Shown here: piece by piece, positions 25,996 to 37,170 of the stretch
Numbering within the stretch: position 1 is the stretch's first letter
Layout of the letters: the number at the start of each line of letters is the position of its first letter
Source: an uncultured Mesorhizobium sp.
GTDB lineage: Bacteria; Pseudomonadota; Alphaproteobacteria; Rhizobiales; Rhizobiaceae
Direction: 5' to 3'
Assembly: GCA_965649745.1 (NCBI GenBank)
Contig: CBFGLW010000002.1
Location: 31,580 to 95,579, forward strand
DNA: 64,000 nucleotides
Notes under the pieces: generated by a model
Told to the model about the DNA's origin: nothing
Seen by the model: the letters and a program-made list of their open reading frames with translations, nothing else
Databases searched by the model: none
Position numbers and translations under genes: made by a program

Positions 25996-26017
25996 TTGAC
26001 GTTTACGCAAACGTCAA
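25996..26017. promoter_or_regulatory. Candidate MerR/LiuR-like operator upstream of the beta-oxidation operon
   Basis: Perfect palindrome TTGACGTTT-ACGC-AAACGTCAA, 84 nt upstream of ATG 26101. Confidence 0.5.
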
Positions 26018-26100
26018 TATTTTAGCGGCATCGGAATCCGGCTTCGCGTCCTTGGCAGTTGGCGCGGAACCGGGAATGTCTTGGGTGGAGGGAATAAGCC

Positions 26101-27897
26101 ATGCCGATCTATCAAGCGCCCGTTAGGGACACGCTGTTCGTGCTCAATGAGGTGCTGGGCTTCGAGCGTTATTCCAATCTGCCGGGCTTTGCCGATGCCA
26201 CCCCGGATATGATCGAGGCGATTCTTGGCGAAGGTGCGAAGCTGGCCGAGAACGTCATCCTTCCCACCAACCGCACTGGCGACATGGAGGGCTGCACCCG
26301 CGGCGAGGATGGTTCGGTCAAGACGCCCTCCGGGTTCAAGGACGCCTACCGTCAGTATTGCGAGGGCGGCTGGATGGGCCTTGCCGTTCCCGCGGAGTAT
26401 GGCGGTCAGGGCTTGCCCTACGCGCTGCACAATGCGGTCGGCGAATATATGGCGGCGGCGAACATGGCGCTGCTGATGTACCCGGGCCTGACCCAAGGGG
26501 CGATTGCCGCCATCCACGAGCATGGCAGCGACGAGCAGAAGCAGACCTGGCTGCCGAAGATGGTCGAGGGCGCCTGGACCGGCACCATGAACCTGACCGA
26601 GCCGCATTGCGGCACCGATCTCGGTCTGCTGCGCACCAAGGCGGTGCCGGCGGGCGACGGCAGCTACAGGATTTCCGGGCAGAAAATCTTCATCTCGGCC
26701 GGCGAACACGACATGGCCGACAACATCGTGCATTTGGTGTTGGCCCGTATCGAGGGTGCGCCGGAAGGCGTCAAGGGCATCTCTCTCTTCGTCGTGCCGA
26801 AGTTCCTGCTCGACGATGCCGGAAATCCCGGCGAGCGTAACAAGGTGTCCTGCGGCTCCATCGAAGAGAAGATGGGCATCCACGGCAATGCCACCTGCGT
26901 CATGAACTACGACGAGGCCACGGGCTACCTGCTCGGTCAGGAGAATGGCGGCCTCAAGGCGATGTTCGTCATGATGAACGAGGCGCGCCTCGGCGTCGGC
27001 CTGCAAGGTCTTTCGCAATCTGAGGCGGCCTACCAGAACGCGGTCGCCTATGCGAAGGAGCGTCTTCAGGGCCGTTCGCTGACTGGCCCGAAGGCGCCGG
27101 ACAAGAAGGCCGACCCGATCATCGTGCACCCCGACGTGCGCCGTAACCTGATGACGATCAAGGCCTGGAACGAAGCCGGTCGCGCCTTCATGCTGTGGAC
27201 GGCGCTGAAGTCGGACATCGCCCATCGTTCGCCCGACGAGAAGGACCGCCAGACCGCCGACGACCTGCTCGGCCTGATGACGCCGGTGCTGAAGGGCGTG
27301 CTCACCGACAAGGGCTTCGAACATGCCGCCATGGCGCAGCAATTGTTCGGCGGTCACGGCTATATCGAAGAGCACGGCATGAGCCAGTTCGTGCGCGATG
27401 CCCGCATCGCCATGATCTACGAAGGCGCCAACGGCATCCAGGCGCTGGATCTGGTCGGCCGCAAGCTGGCGCTGAACGGCGGCCGCGCCGTGCAGACCTT
27501 TTTCAAGGAGGTTGGCGACTTCTGTGAGGAAAACCGCTCCGACGAGAAGATGACGCCGTTCACCAAGGCGCTCAAGAAAGGCCTCAACGATTTGCAGGCT
27601 GCGACCATGTGGCTGATGCAGAACGGCATGAAGAACCCGGATAATGCCGGCGCCGCCTCGACCGACTACATGCACCTCTTCGGCCTGGTCGCGCTGGGCT
27701 ATATGTGGGCGCAGATGGTCAAGGCCGCGCAGGCGAAGCTCGCCGACGGCGCCAACGGCTCCGGTGTGTTCTACGAAAATAAGTTGGTGACGGCCCGCTA
27801 TTTCATGGAGCGCGTCATGCCGGAGACGGCGACGCATCTCGCCCGCCTTTCCACTGGCGCCGAGACGATGATGGCGCTGCCGGCCGAGGCGTTCTGA
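26101..27897 (+). CDS. Acyl-CoA dehydrogenase (long, ~600-aa type with C-terminal extension)
   Basis: ACAD N-terminal, middle and C-terminal pattern ([33 protein letters not shown]...[15 protein letters not shown]). SD GGAGGG precedes the ATG. Confidence 0.88.
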   Translation: MPIYQAPVRDTLFVLNEVLGFERYSNLPGFADATPDMIEAILGEGAKLAENVILPTNRTGDMEGCTRGEDGSVKTPSGFKDAYRQYCEGGWMGLAVPAEYGGQGLPYALHNAVGEYMAAANMALLMYPGLTQGAIAAIHEHGSDEQKQTWLPKMVEGAWTGTMNLTEPHCGTDLGLLRTKAVPAGDGSYRISGQKIFISAGEHDMADNIVHLVLARIEGAPEGVKGISLFVVPKFLLDDAGNPGERNKVSCGSIEEKMGIHGNATCVMNYDEATGYLLGQENGGLKAMFVMMNEARLGVGLQGLSQSEAAYQNAVAYAKERLQGRSLTGPKAPDKKADPIIVHPDVRRNLMTIKAWNEAGRAFMLWTALKSDIAHRSPDEKDRQTADDLLGLMTPVLKGVLTDKGFEHAAMAQQLFGGHGYIEEHGMSQFVRDARIAMIYEGANGIQALDLVGRKLALNGGRAVQTFFKEVGDFCEENRSDEKMTPFTKALKKGLNDLQAATMWLMQNGMKNPDNAGAASTDYMHLFGLVALGYMWAQMVKAAQAKLADGANGSGVFYENKLVTARYFMERVMPETATHLARLSTGAETMMALPAEAF

Positions 27898-27973
27898 TAA
27901 GGAAACTGAAGTTCCGTTCATTCTTGAACGGAATCCTGTATAGTTGTGCGAGCGCGGTAACAGGGAGAAGACC

Positions 27974-29146
27974 GTGGCAACCAACCCCGCCGAAGTGCTG
28001 TCGTTGCCAGCCCCAGCCTGGGCCGGCGAAGATGTCGTCATGCTCTACGACATGGCCCGGCGCTTCATGGCCGATGAGATTGCCCCGCACTACGACGAGT
28101 ACGAGAAGAACGAGATCGTCGACCGCTCGGCTTGGGAGAAGGCCGGCGCGGCAGGGCTGCTCTGCGCCTCAATGCCGGAGGAATTCGGCGGCGCTGGTGG
28201 CACCTATGCGCATGAGAGCGCCATCATCGACGCGGTTAGCCATGCCGGCGTCGACGGCTTCGGCATCGTGCTGCACAACGCCATCGTCGCGCCATACATC
28301 CTCCACTACGGATCCGAGGAGCAGAAGCGGAAGTGGCTGCCGAGGCTGGCGACCGGAGAACTGATCGGCGCCATCGCCATGACCGAGCCGGGCGCCGGCT
28401 CCGATCTGCAGGGCATCAAGACGCGGGCCGAGAAGGACGGCAACCGGTATCGCATCAACGGTTCCAAGACCTTCATCACCAATGGTCAGAACGCCAATCT
28501 GGTCATCGTCGTCACCAAGACCGATCCGTCGAAGGGCGCCAAGGGCACATCGCTGATCGTGGTCGAGACCGACGAGGTCGAGGGCTTCGAGCGTGGCCGC
28601 AACCTCGACAAGATCGGTCTCAAGGCCAACGACACGTCGGAGCTTTTCTTCAACGACGTCCGCGTTCCGACGGCCAACCTGCTGGGTGCGGAAGAAGGAC
28701 AGGGCTTCGTCCATCTCATGCAGCAATTGCCGCAGGAGCGTCTGCTGATCGGCGGGCAGGCGGTGGCGATGGCGGAACGCGCACTCGCCGTCACCATCGA
28801 GTATGTCAAGGAACGCCAGGCATTCGGCCAGCCGGTTATCAATTTCCAGAACACGCAGTTCAAGCTGGCCGAACTCAAGACCGAAACCACCATCGGCCGT
28901 GTCTTCTACAGTGACTGCGTGGCCCGTCATCTGAATGGCGGCCTCGATCCCGTCACCGCGTCCATGGCCAAATACTGGCTCTCCGACCTTCAAGGAAAAG
29001 TGGTCGACGAATGCCTGCAATTGTTCGGCGGCTATGGCTACATGAATGAATACCCGATCGCCCGCATGTATCGCGATGCACGCGTGCAGCGCATTTACGG
29101 CGGCACCAACGAGATCATGAAATTGCTGATCGGCCGCTCGCTCTGA
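27974..29146 (+). CDS. Acyl-CoA dehydrogenase (~390 aa)
   Basis: AMTEPGAGSDL, NGSKTFITNG and QLFGGYGYMNEYPIARMYRDARVQRIYGGTNEIM. GTG 27974 follows SD GGGAGAAG. Confidence 0.88.
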   Translation: MATNPAEVLSLPAPAWAGEDVVMLYDMARRFMADEIAPHYDEYEKNEIVDRSAWEKAGAAGLLCASMPEEFGGAGGTYAHESAIIDAVSHAGVDGFGIVLHNAIVAPYILHYGSEEQKRKWLPRLATGELIGAIAMTEPGAGSDLQGIKTRAEKDGNRYRINGSKTFITNGQNANLVIVVTKTDPSKGAKGTSLIVVETDEVEGFERGRNLDKIGLKANDTSELFFNDVRVPTANLLGAEEGQGFVHLMQQLPQERLLIGGQAVAMAERALAVTIEYVKERQAFGQPVINFQNTQFKLAELKTETTIGRVFYSDCVARHLNGGLDPVTASMAKYWLSDLQGKVVDECLQLFGGYGYMNEYPIARMYRDARVQRIYGGTNEIMKLLIGRSL

Positions 29147-29178
29147 CCGGCAGCCGGGCACGCACAAGGAGAACGAAC

Positions 29179-30387
29179 ATGGCAGAAGCTTACGTCTATG
29201 ACGTCGTCCGTACCCCGCGCGGCCGGGGCAAGAAGGACGGTTCGCTGCACGAGGTGCCGGCTGTCCGCCTCGCCGCCAGGACGTTGGAGGCCGTGCGCGA
29301 CCGCAACGGGCTCGATACCTCTACCGTCGACGACATCATCTTCGGCTGCGTCGATCCGGTCGGCGAGGCCGGCGCGGTGATCCCGCGCGCCGCCGCCTTC
29401 GAGGCCGGCTATCACGACAAGGCACCGGGCATGCAGATTTCGCGGTTCTGCGCCTCGGGCCTCGACGCCATCAATCTCGGCGCCGCCAAGATCGTGCAGG
29501 GTTCGGACGAAATCGTCATCGCCGGCGGTGTGGAATCGATGAGCCGTGTCGGCATGGGCGCCGCCGGCGGCGCATGGTTCATGGACCCGTCGGTCGGCCT
29601 CCCGGGCTGGTTCGTGCCGCAGGGCATCTCGGCTGACTTGATTGCGACCAAATATGGCTTTTCGCGCGACGATGTCGACGCCTATGCCGTCGAAAGCCAG
29701 AAACGCGCCGGCAAGGCGTGGGAAAAAGGCTATTTCAAGAATTCCGTAATACCGGTCAAGGACCAGAACGGCCTGACCATTCTCGACCATGACGAGCACA
29801 TGCGCCCGACGACCGACATGCAGTCGCTCGCATCGCTCAACCCGTCCTTCGTCATGCCTGGCGAAATGGGCGGCTTCGACGCCGTGGCGGTGCAGAAGCA
29901 CCCGGAGATCGAAGAGGTCAACCACGTTCACCACGCCGGCAATTCCTCCGGTATCGTCGATGGCGCTGCCGCCGTTCTGCTCGGCTCGAAGAAGGCCGGC
30001 AAGTCGCTCGGCATGAAGCCGCGCGCCCGCATCCGCGCCTTCGCCAATATCGGCTCGGAGCCGGTGCTGATGCTGACCGGCCCGGTCGACGTGACGGAGA
30101 AGCTTCTGAAGCGCGCCAAGATGAAGAAGTCCGACATCGACCTCTTCGAACTGAACGAGGCCTTCGCCTCGGTCGTGCTGCGCTACATGCAGGCCTTCGA
30201 CATTCCGCACGACCAGATCAACGTCAATGGCGGCGCCATAGCGATGGGGCATCCTCTGGGGGCTACCGGCGCGATGATCCTCGGCACGGTGCTGGACGAG
30301 CTTGAGCGGCGCGACCTCAACACCGCGTTGGTGACGCTCTGCATCGGCGCCGGCATGGGCACCGCCACCATTATCGAACGCGTCTGA
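29179..30387 (+). CDS. Acetyl-CoA C-acyltransferase (3-ketoacyl-CoA thiolase)
   Basis: ISRFCASGL (active-site Cys), [17 protein letters not shown] and CIGAGMG. Confidence 0.9.
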   Translation: MAEAYVYDVVRTPRGRGKKDGSLHEVPAVRLAARTLEAVRDRNGLDTSTVDDIIFGCVDPVGEAGAVIPRAAAFEAGYHDKAPGMQISRFCASGLDAINLGAAKIVQGSDEIVIAGGVESMSRVGMGAAGGAWFMDPSVGLPGWFVPQGISADLIATKYGFSRDDVDAYAVESQKRAGKAWEKGYFKNSVIPVKDQNGLTILDHDEHMRPTTDMQSLASLNPSFVMPGEMGGFDAVAVQKHPEIEEVNHVHHAGNSSGIVDGAAAVLLGSKKAGKSLGMKPRARIRAFANIGSEPVLMLTGPVDVTEKLLKRAKMKKSDIDLFELNEAFASVVLRYMQAFDIPHDQINVNGGAIAMGHPLGATGAMILGTVLDELERRDLNTALVTLCIGAGMGTATIIERV

Positions 30388-30409
30388 ATTCGGCCGAAGG
30401 GAGACAGAA

Positions 30410-32629
30410 ATGACTTACAAGAATTTCACGGTCGAAATCGACGCCGACGGCATCGCCCTTGTCACCTGGGATATGCCGGACAAGTCGATGAACGTCTTCA
30501 CCGAAGAGGTGATGCAGGAACTGAACGCCATCGTCGACCGGATTGTCGCCGACGCCGCGGTCAAGGGCGTGGTGATCACCTCCGGCAAGGACACGTTCTC
30601 CGGCGGCGCCGACATCACCATGCTGCAGAAGATGCTCACCATCTTCGCCAGCGAAAAGGCAAAGGACGAGCAGAAGGCGGCCCAGAGATTGTTCGAGGCA
30701 GCCGGCTATATGAGTGGCCTGTTTCGCAAGATCGAGACCTGCGGCAAGCCGTGGGTCTCGGCCATCAACGGCACCTGCATGGGCGGCGCATTCGAAATGT
30801 CGCTCGCCTGTCATGGCCGTGTGGCCGCCGACAGCGACAAGGTGAAGATGGCGCTGCCCGAAGTGAAGATCGGCATCTTTCCGGGCGCCGGCGGCACCCA
30901 GCGCGTGCCGAGGCTGACCGACCAGCAGCAGGCGCTGCAGATGATGACGACCGGCCAGACGCTGACGCCGCAGAAGGCGAAAGCCATGGGCCTGATCACA
31001 GAGATCGCCGAGCCGAAGAAGCTCATCGAGACCGCAAAGTCGATGATCAGGAACGGTCTCAGCCCGGTTGTGCCATGGGACCAGAAGGGCTTCAAGCTGC
31101 CGGGCGGGCCGATCTATTCCGCCGCCGGCGCCAATTTGTGGCCGCCGGCCATCGCCATCCTACGCCGTGAGACCTACGGCAACTATCCGGCGGCGGCGGC
31201 GATCCTGAAATGCGTCTATGAGGGCCTGCTGGTGCCGTTCGATACGGCTCTGAAGATCGAGACGCGCTACTTCACCGAGATCATGCAGTCCAAGGAAGCG
31301 GCGGCGATGATCCGCTCGCTGTTCATCTCGCTGCAGGAACTGAACAAGGGCGCGCGCCGCCCCGAGGGCGTCCCGGCGACGAAATTCAAGAAGATCGGCG
31401 TTCTGGGGGCGGGCTTCATGGGCGCGGGCATCGCCTATGTGACCGCCAAGGCCGGCATTCCGGTGGTGCTGCTCGACCGCGACATGGCGTCGGCCGAAAA
31501 GGGTAAGGCGCATTCCGAAAGCCTGATTTCAGATCAGGTCAAGAAAGGCCGTGCCAAGCCGGAGGACAAGGACAAGCTCCTGTCGCTCATCACGCCGACC
31601 GCTGACTATGCCGACATCACCGGCTGCGATCTGGTCATCGAGGCTGTGTTCGAGGATTCCGAGGTCAAGAAGAAAGCGACCGAGCAGGCTGAAGCCGTGC
31701 TGAAATCCTCCGCCGTGTTTGCCTCCAACACCTCGACCATTCCGATCACCGGCCTGGCGAAGAATTCGGTACGGCCGAAGAACTTCGTCGGCATCCACTT
31801 CTTCTCGCCGGTCGACAAGATGATGCTGGTAGAGATCATTCTCGGCAAGAAGACCGGCGACAAGGCGCTCGCTGTCGCCATCGACTATGTGCGCGCCATC
31901 AAGAAGACGCCGATCGTCGTCAACGACACGCGCGGCTTCTACGTCAACCGCTGCGTGCTGCGCTATATGTCGGAATCCTACAAGATGTTGATCGAAGGCG
32001 TGCCGGCGGTGATGATCGAGAACGCCGCCAAGGCAGCGGGAATGCCGGTCGGGCCGCTGGCGCTGACCGACGAAACCGCCATCGACCTCGCCCAGAAGAT
32101 CATGAAGCAGACCATCCGCGATCTTGGCGAGAAGGCCGTCGATCCAAAGCAGATGGCGCTGATCAACACGCTGGTGGACACGCACGGTCGCCACGGCCGC
32201 AAGAATGCCAAGGGCTTCTACGACTACCCGCCGAAGCCGGCGAAGAAGAAGCTCTGGCCGGGCCTGAAAGACCTCTATCCGCAGAAGAAGGCGGAGGATG
32301 TCGACTATGAGGAGTTGCAGCAGCGCCTGCTCGTGGTCATCGCGCTGGAAGCGGCGCGGGTGATGGAGGAAGGCATCGTCACCGACCCGCGCGAGGCGGA
32401 TGTCGGCTCGATCCTCGCCTTCGGCTTCGCTCCCTACACCGGCGGCGCGCTGTCTTACATCGACGGCATCGGCGCGAAGGAATTCGTCCAGATCGCTAAG
32501 CGTCTGCAGAAGAAATACGGCGCCGAATTCAAGGCGCCGAAGCTGCTTATCGACATGGCGGAGAAGGGCGAAACCTTCTACGAACGCTTCAACCCGTATG
32601 CCAAGGCAGACGTGAGGAAGGCGGCGTAA
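30410..32629 (+). CDS. Bifunctional enoyl-CoA hydratase / 3-hydroxyacyl-CoA dehydrogenase (FadB/FadJ-like)
   Basis: Crotonase-fold N-terminus ([18 protein letters not shown]), NAD-binding [13 protein letters not shown], and 3HCDH C-terminal domains. Confidence 0.9.
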   Translation: MTYKNFTVEIDADGIALVTWDMPDKSMNVFTEEVMQELNAIVDRIVADAAVKGVVITSGKDTFSGGADITMLQKMLTIFASEKAKDEQKAAQRLFEAAGYMSGLFRKIETCGKPWVSAINGTCMGGAFEMSLACHGRVAADSDKVKMALPEVKIGIFPGAGGTQRVPRLTDQQQALQMMTTGQTLTPQKAKAMGLITEIAEPKKLIETAKSMIRNGLSPVVPWDQKGFKLPGGPIYSAAGANLWPPAIAILRRETYGNYPAAAAILKCVYEGLLVPFDTALKIETRYFTEIMQSKEAAAMIRSLFISLQELNKGARRPEGVPATKFKKIGVLGAGFMGAGIAYVTAKAGIPVVLLDRDMASAEKGKAHSESLISDQVKKGRAKPEDKDKLLSLITPTADYADITGCDLVIEAVFEDSEVKKKATEQAEAVLKSSAVFASNTSTIPITGLAKNSVRPKNFVGIHFFSPVDKMMLVEIILGKKTGDKALAVAIDYVRAIKKTPIVVNDTRGFYVNRCVLRYMSESYKMLIEGVPAVMIENAAKAAGMPVGPLALTDETAIDLAQKIMKQTIRDLGEKAVDPKQMALINTLVDTHGRHGRKNAKGFYDYPPKPAKKKLWPGLKDLYPQKKAEDVDYEELQQRLLVVIALEAARVMEEGIVTDPREADVGSILAFGFAPYTGGALSYIDGIGAKEFVQIAKRLQKKYGAEFKAPKLLIDMAEKGETFYERFNPYAKADVRKAA

Positions 32630-32641
32630 GCGAATAGCTTT

Positions 32642-32767
32642 CCTCTCCCCGTTCACGGGGAGAGGATGCCGGCAGGCAGGTGAGGGGCGGCACGAGAACC
32701 TGTCTACGTTGGCTCTGCCCCTCATCCGGTCCTTCGGACCACCTTCTCCCCGTGAACGGGGAGAAGG
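32642..32767. repeat. RIME-like intergenic mosaic element (copy 1)
   Basis: Terminal hairpins CCTCTCCCCGTTCACGGGGAGAGG and CCTTCTCCCCGTGAACGGGGAGAAGG. An inner G-box GTGAGGGGC pairs approximately with the C-box TGCCCCTCA. There is a small hairpin GGTCC-TTC-GGACC. The layout matches 57191-57341. Confidence 0.7.
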
Positions 32768-32784
32768 GAACAGGAGCAAATCTC

Positions 32785-33381
32785 ATGTACGTTTGGGCGC
32801 GTCTTGCCCGTGTGGCGGCGACGTCGAAAGGGCGCGGCGAATACCGGTTCGGCGACGAGAGCCGTCTCTCGTTTCGCTGCCTGCCGACCGACATCGACTT
32901 CAACATGCATCTCAACAATGCCCGCTACATGATGCTGGCGGACCTCGGCCGCATGGATATCTTCTTCCGCGCGGGCGTCGTGCGCGCGGCGCGCGAACTC
33001 GGCTGGGCGCCCATGCTGGGCGGCGTCCAGGCCACCTTCGTGCGCGAGATCAGGCTGTGGCGGCGCTTCGACATCGTCTCTTCCCTGGAAACGTGGGAGG
33101 GCACGCAGATCGTCGGCAGGCATCGTTTTGTGCTCGAAGGCGGCGAGACCGCGGCCGTGATCATGACGACAGCCGGCGTCTACAAGCGCGGCGAACGGCG
33201 GTTTCTCGAAATCGACGAGGTGGTGGCCACACTTGGGCAGCACGTCACGCCGCGTGCCCCCACCGAGGCGGAGCGCATTTTCATGGCGTCTCACAATGGC
33301 CTGAGAGCATTGGCAAAAACCGCTGGGGCAAGGTCTCATGGCGTCAATGCGGCAGTGGACAAGCCGGATCAGGCACGCTAG
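32785..33381 (+). CDS. Acyl-CoA thioesterase (hotdog fold)
   Basis: CLPTDIDFNMHLNNARYMMLADLGR is typical of 4HBT/YbgC-like thioesterases. SD CAGGAG precedes ATG 32785. Confidence 0.7.
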   Translation: MYVWARLARVAATSKGRGEYRFGDESRLSFRCLPTDIDFNMHLNNARYMMLADLGRMDIFFRAGVVRAARELGWAPMLGGVQATFVREIRLWRRFDIVSSLETWEGTQIVGRHRFVLEGGETAAVIMTTAGVYKRGERRFLEIDEVVATLGQHVTPRAPTEAERIFMASHNGLRALAKTAGARSHGVNAAVDKPDQAR

Positions 33382-33420
33382 AAACGACAGGTATTTTTTC
33401 CTGTTTCTGGGGAAAGCGCC

Positions 33421-34074
33421 ATGCTCTCGCATGATCGCGTGTGGGCCGCCATCGACGCCCTGGCCGAGCGCTATTCGCTCTCGGCCTCGGGGCTTGCCAA
33501 GCGCGCCGGTCTCGATTCGACCGCTTTCAACAAATCGAAGCGCCTTTCTTCCGACGGTCGTCCCCGCTGGCCGTCCACCGAGTCGCTGGCCAAGATCATG
33601 GAAGCGACGGGTGCATCGCTGGAGGAGTTCCTGGCGCTGGTGGAAGACCGCGTGCAGGCCGGCATTGCGCCCCGGCAGGCCGCCCGAAAATCCGCGGTGC
33701 CGCTGGTCGGCTTCGCCCAGGCCGGCGCGGGCGGCTTTTTCGACGACGCCGGTTTCCCGGTGGGACAGGGCTGGGATCTGATCGAACTGCCGGCGCAGTC
33801 GACGGAGACGTCCTATGCGCTGGAGGTGCAGGGAGACTCTATGCTTCCTCTCTACCGCCATGGCGACGTGCTGATCGTCGAGCCCGGCGCGGCGGTGCGG
33901 AAGGGCGACCGCGTCGTGGTCAAGACCGGCGGCGGCGAGGTGATGGCCAAGGTGCTGGAACGGCAGACGGCGCGGTCGATTTCTCTCCTGTCGCTAAATC
34001 CCGAGCATCCCAATCGCGATATTCCCATGCGCGATGTCGAATGGGTTGCGCGGATCGTCTGGGCGAGTCAGTAA
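33421..34074 (+). CDS. LexA/cI-like repressor: HTH plus S24 peptidase domain
   Basis: The N-terminus is HTH-like. C-terminal S24 signature: EVQGDSMLPLYRHGDVLIVE...KGDRVVVK (Ser/Lys dyad context). Confidence 0.7.
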   Translation: MLSHDRVWAAIDALAERYSLSASGLAKRAGLDSTAFNKSKRLSSDGRPRWPSTESLAKIMEATGASLEEFLALVEDRVQAGIAPRQAARKSAVPLVGFAQAGAGGFFDDAGFPVGQGWDLIELPAQSTETSYALEVQGDSMLPLYRHGDVLIVEPGAAVRKGDRVVVKTGGGEVMAKVLERQTARSISLLSLNPEHPNRDIPMRDVEWVARIVWASQ

Positions 34075-34080
34075 GGCAGC

Positions 34081-34980
34081 ATGAAAGCAGCGCACGGTGC
34101 CGTCGCCGGCCTCATCCTGGTCGGCATGAGCGCAGCCATCCTGGCTGGCAGGCAGGTTATCGCCGCGCAGGAAGTCCCGATCGCGATCGATGCGCTGGAA
34201 GATATGCCGGTGGATCTGCCTTTGGATGAGGGAGAAGCCGCAGGCAAGGATGCGACGGCAGCCGTTGTTTCGGAACCCGCCAAGGCTCCAGCCCCTCGCG
34301 TTTTCGATCCGGAACTCGCTGGCTCGAAAGATAACCGGGGCGGCGAATTCGAGCGGATTGCACCGCGTGCGCCGCTCAGCAATCTGGCTCTGGCCTCGCC
34401 ACCCAAGCCTCCCAAGCAGACGATGCCGGAAGACTGGAAAGGCACGCCGCTGTTCCAGCCGGTGGCCAAGGCCGCAGGTCTGATCGAAGCGAAGGGTTAT
34501 TCGATCGCCGTGTCGGGCATCGACATGGTCGGCCTTGACGATACCTGCACCGACGCCGGGCAGGAGTGGGCCTGCGGGCAGCGGGCGCGTACGGCGTTTC
34601 GCGGCTTCCTGCGCGGCCGCGCCGTCGTCTGCAAGGTGCCGCCGGAGAACGGCCGCGACATCATCGCCGCCGAATGCCGGATTGGCAAGGACGACGTCGG
34701 CCAGTGGCTGGTCGAAAACGGCTGGGCGAGAGCGGCTGCCAACGGTCCCTATGCCGAAGCAGGTCGAAAAGCGGAGGCTGACAGGAAGGGCATTTTTGGC
34801 CCGCCGCCCGAACGGATCAGGATGATGCTGTCGCCCGGCGCGACCAGCCTGCCGGCGCCGCCGCCGACGTCATTGCAGCCCGCCCTGCCGCCCCAGGCTG
34901 CGCCGGCTCCGGCCGACAGCGTCGTGCCGCCCGAGCCTTCAACTACGCCGCAAGTTTTCCCGCCAGCGCCTCGGCGATGA
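34081..34980 (+). CDS. Thermonuclease (SNase-like) family protein with N-terminal TM and Pro-rich tail
   Basis: SNase-like core [11 protein letters not shown]...[21 protein letters not shown]...[18 protein letters not shown]. The last 38 nt overlap the convergent lysK 3' end. Confidence 0.6.
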   Translation: MKAAHGAVAGLILVGMSAAILAGRQVIAAQEVPIAIDALEDMPVDLPLDEGEAAGKDATAAVVSEPAKAPAPRVFDPELAGSKDNRGGEFERIAPRAPLSNLALASPPKPPKQTMPEDWKGTPLFQPVAKAAGLIEAKGYSIAVSGIDMVGLDDTCTDAGQEWACGQRARTAFRGFLRGRAVVCKVPPENGRDIIAAECRIGKDDVGQWLVENGWARAAANGPYAEAGRKAEADRKGIFGPPPERIRMMLSPGATSLPAPPPTSLQPALPPQAAPAPADSVVPPEPSTTPQVFPPAPRR

Positions 34981-36592
34981 GGGCGCGCGTCTCCTCGATG
35001 CCGTAAAGCGCCGCGAAGGAGCCGAAGCGCGGCCCGCGCTCCTGCCCGATCAGCACCTGGTAGATCATCTGGAAGAAGGCCACGGAGACGCCCGGTCCGC
35101 CTTCCGGCGCCTGCTTGGAATGGTCCTGATAGCGTTCGATCCTGCGCGCCACGTTGAGGGCGGCATTCTGGATTTCTGCGCCGTCTGCGCCGGCCGGCAG
35201 TACGCCCAGCGCATCGGACAGTTTCGCAAGCGCCTCCCGCTCCACCGCGTCGGGCGCGCGAAAAGCCTTGGTCGGCTTCACGAAGTCGTCGAAATAGCGG
35301 ATGGCGAAGCCGGTCAGCCGGTCGAGTTCGGGATGCGACTTTGGTGTCACTCCGGGGGCGTGGCGCGAAATGAAACCCCACAGCACGTCCTTGTTCTGCG
35401 CGTTGGAGGCGCTGACGAGGTTGAGCAGGAGCGCGAACGGCACCGGCAGGTCGATCTCCGGCGGATGGCCGTCATGCATGTGCCAGACGGGATTGCCGAG
35501 CCGCTCCTTCCAGTCCTGCCGGGGATAAGCCGACAGGAACGAATAATATTCGTCCACCGCCTTCGGGATGACGTCGAAATAGAGCTTCTTTGCCTGCCGC
35601 GGACGCTGGTACATATAAAGGCCGAGACTTTCCGTCGGCGCATAGGCCAGCCACTCGTCGATGGTCAGCCCGTTGCCCTTCGACTTGGAAATCTTCTGGC
35701 CGTTTTCATCCAGGAACAGTTCGTAGACGAAATGTTCCGGCGCGCGCCCGCCGAGGATGACGCAGATGCGGTCGTAGATCGCCTGGTTGGTCTGGTGATC
35801 CTTGCCGAACATCTCGAAATCGACGCCGAGCGCCGCCCAGCGCATGCCGAAATCCGGCTTCCATTGCAGCTTCACCTTGCCGCCGGTCACGGGCAACGTG
35901 GTCTCGGTGCCTTCGTCGTCGAAGGTGACGGTGCCGGCCTTGGCGTCGACATGCTTCATCGGCACGTAGAGCACCCGCCCGCTCTTTGGCGAGATCGGTA
36001 GGAACGGGCTGTAGGTCGCCTGGCGCTCCTCGCCCAGCGTCGGCAGCATCACCTTCATGATGTCTTCGTACTTTTCCGCCGCCCGCAGGAGCACCGCGTC
36101 GAAGCGGCCCGACTTGTAGTAGTCGGTTGCGCTGGCGAACTCGTAATCGAAGCCGAACGTGTCGAGGAAGCGGCGCAGCATCGCGTTGTTGTGGTGCCCG
36201 AAGCTCTCGTAGTTTCCACCGAACGGATTCGGCACGGCCGTCAGCGGCATGTGCAGGTACGGTTCTAGGGCGGCGCGGTCCGGCACGTTGTCCGGGATCT
36301 TGCGCATGCCGTCCATGTCGTCGGAGAAGCACAGAAGCTTGGTCTTGACCTTGTCCTGCGTCAGCACGCGGAAGGCGTGGCGCACCATCGTGGTGCGCGC
36401 CACCTCGCCAAACGTGCCGATATGCGGCAGGCCAGACGGGCCGTAGCCGGTCTCGAACAGGACGGTTTCCGGGAAGTTCCCGTCCTTGTAGCGGGCGATG
36501 ATTTTTTTGGCTTCCTCGAACGGCCACGCCTTGCTTTCGGCGGCTGCGGCCAGAAGTTCAGGATTTAGGTCGATGCTGTTTGACCCTGCCAT
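34943..36592 (-). CDS. lysK: Lysine--tRNA ligase, class I
   Basis: [18 protein letters not shown] (HIGH-like) and KISKSKGNG (KMSKS-like). Start at ATG 36592 ([12 protein letters not shown]...). Confidence 0.88.
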   Translation of the reverse strand: MAGSNSIDLNPELLAAAAESKAWPFEEAKKIIARYKDGNFPETVLFETGYGPSGLPHIGTFGEVARTTMVRHAFRVLTQDKVKTKLLCFSDDMDGMRKIPDNVPDRAALEPYLHMPLTAVPNPFGGNYESFGHHNNAMLRRFLDTFGFDYEFASATDYYKSGRFDAVLLRAAEKYEDIMKVMLPTLGEERQATYSPFLPISPKSGRVLYVPMKHVDAKAGTVTFDDEGTETTLPVTGGKVKLQWKPDFGMRWAALGVDFEMFGKDHQTNQAIYDRICVILGGRAPEHFVYELFLDENGQKISKSKGNGLTIDEWLAYAPTESLGLYMYQRPRQAKKLYFDVIPKAVDEYYSFLSAYPRQDWKERLGNPVWHMHDGHPPEIDLPVPFALLLNLVSASNAQNKDVLWGFISRHAPGVTPKSHPELDRLTGFAIRYFDDFVKPTKAFRAPDAVEREALAKLSDALGVLPAGADGAEIQNAALNVARRIERYQDHSKQAPEGGPGVSVAFFQMIYQVLIGQERGPRFGSFAALYGIEETRALIAEALAGKLAA

Positions 36593-36738
36593 ATCGATTG
36601 TCCTGTGATTTTTCGCCGTCTCTGCGCGGCTGGGCATGCTCTAAGCAACGGGGCGGAGGGCGTCAACGACGGCGTATATTTTTCCTTGCGGGCCTTGGTC
36701 TGCGTTCCTACCTGCGGCATCGACAACAGGAGACCTTC

Positions 36739-37152
36739 ATGCCCTCGCTTTCTCCCCTCGACGCCATGATCCATCTGATGGTTATCGCCTCGGCGTCGGA
36801 CCGGGATATGTCCGACGTCGAACTGGCCCGTATCGGCCATGTGATCGACACCTGGCCCGTCTTCGAGGATTTCGACCATGACCGGCTGATCGCAGTGGCG
36901 CAGAATTGCCAGCGGCTCTTGCATGGCGATGACGGACTGGAAGGCGTCCTGTCCGCCGCCGCCGCGGCTTTGCCGGAGCGGTTGCACGATACTGCCTATG
37001 CCGCTGCCTTCGAGGTCGCCGCGGTCGATCTCGAAATGCGGTTGGAAGAGGTGCGGGTGTTGCAGCTCATCCGCCGCGAACTTGATATCGACACGCTGAC
37101 GGTGGCGGCCATTGCGCGCGGCGCCAAAGCCAGGCTGCGCACGCTGACCTGA
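36739..37152 (+). CDS. TerB-like (tellurite-resistance TerB family) protein
   Basis: AMIHLMVIASASDRDMSDVELARIGHVI matches the TerB-type pattern. SD AGGAG precedes ATG 36739. Confidence 0.55.
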   Translation: MPSLSPLDAMIHLMVIASASDRDMSDVELARIGHVIDTWPVFEDFDHDRLIAVAQNCQRLLHGDDGLEGVLSAAAAALPERLHDTAYAAAFEVAAVDLEMRLEEVRVLQLIRRELDIDTLTVAAIARGAKARLRTLT

Positions 37153-37170
37153 GCGCAGAGGACTGCCGGA

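Noticed and set aside
26014-28041. 675-aa minus-strand ORF spanning both acyl-CoA dehydrogenase genes
   Set aside because: It is antisense to two genes with unmistakable ACAD motifs. The translation is Arg/Gly/Ala/His-rich with no motif content. This is a typical GC-driven shadow ORF.
29095-33861. Long minus-strand ORFs 29095-30252, 31529-32779 and 32722-33861
   Set aside because: They are antisense to the thiolase, FadB-like, thioesterase and S24-repressor genes. Two of them read straight through the RIME-like repeat, and none has motif content.
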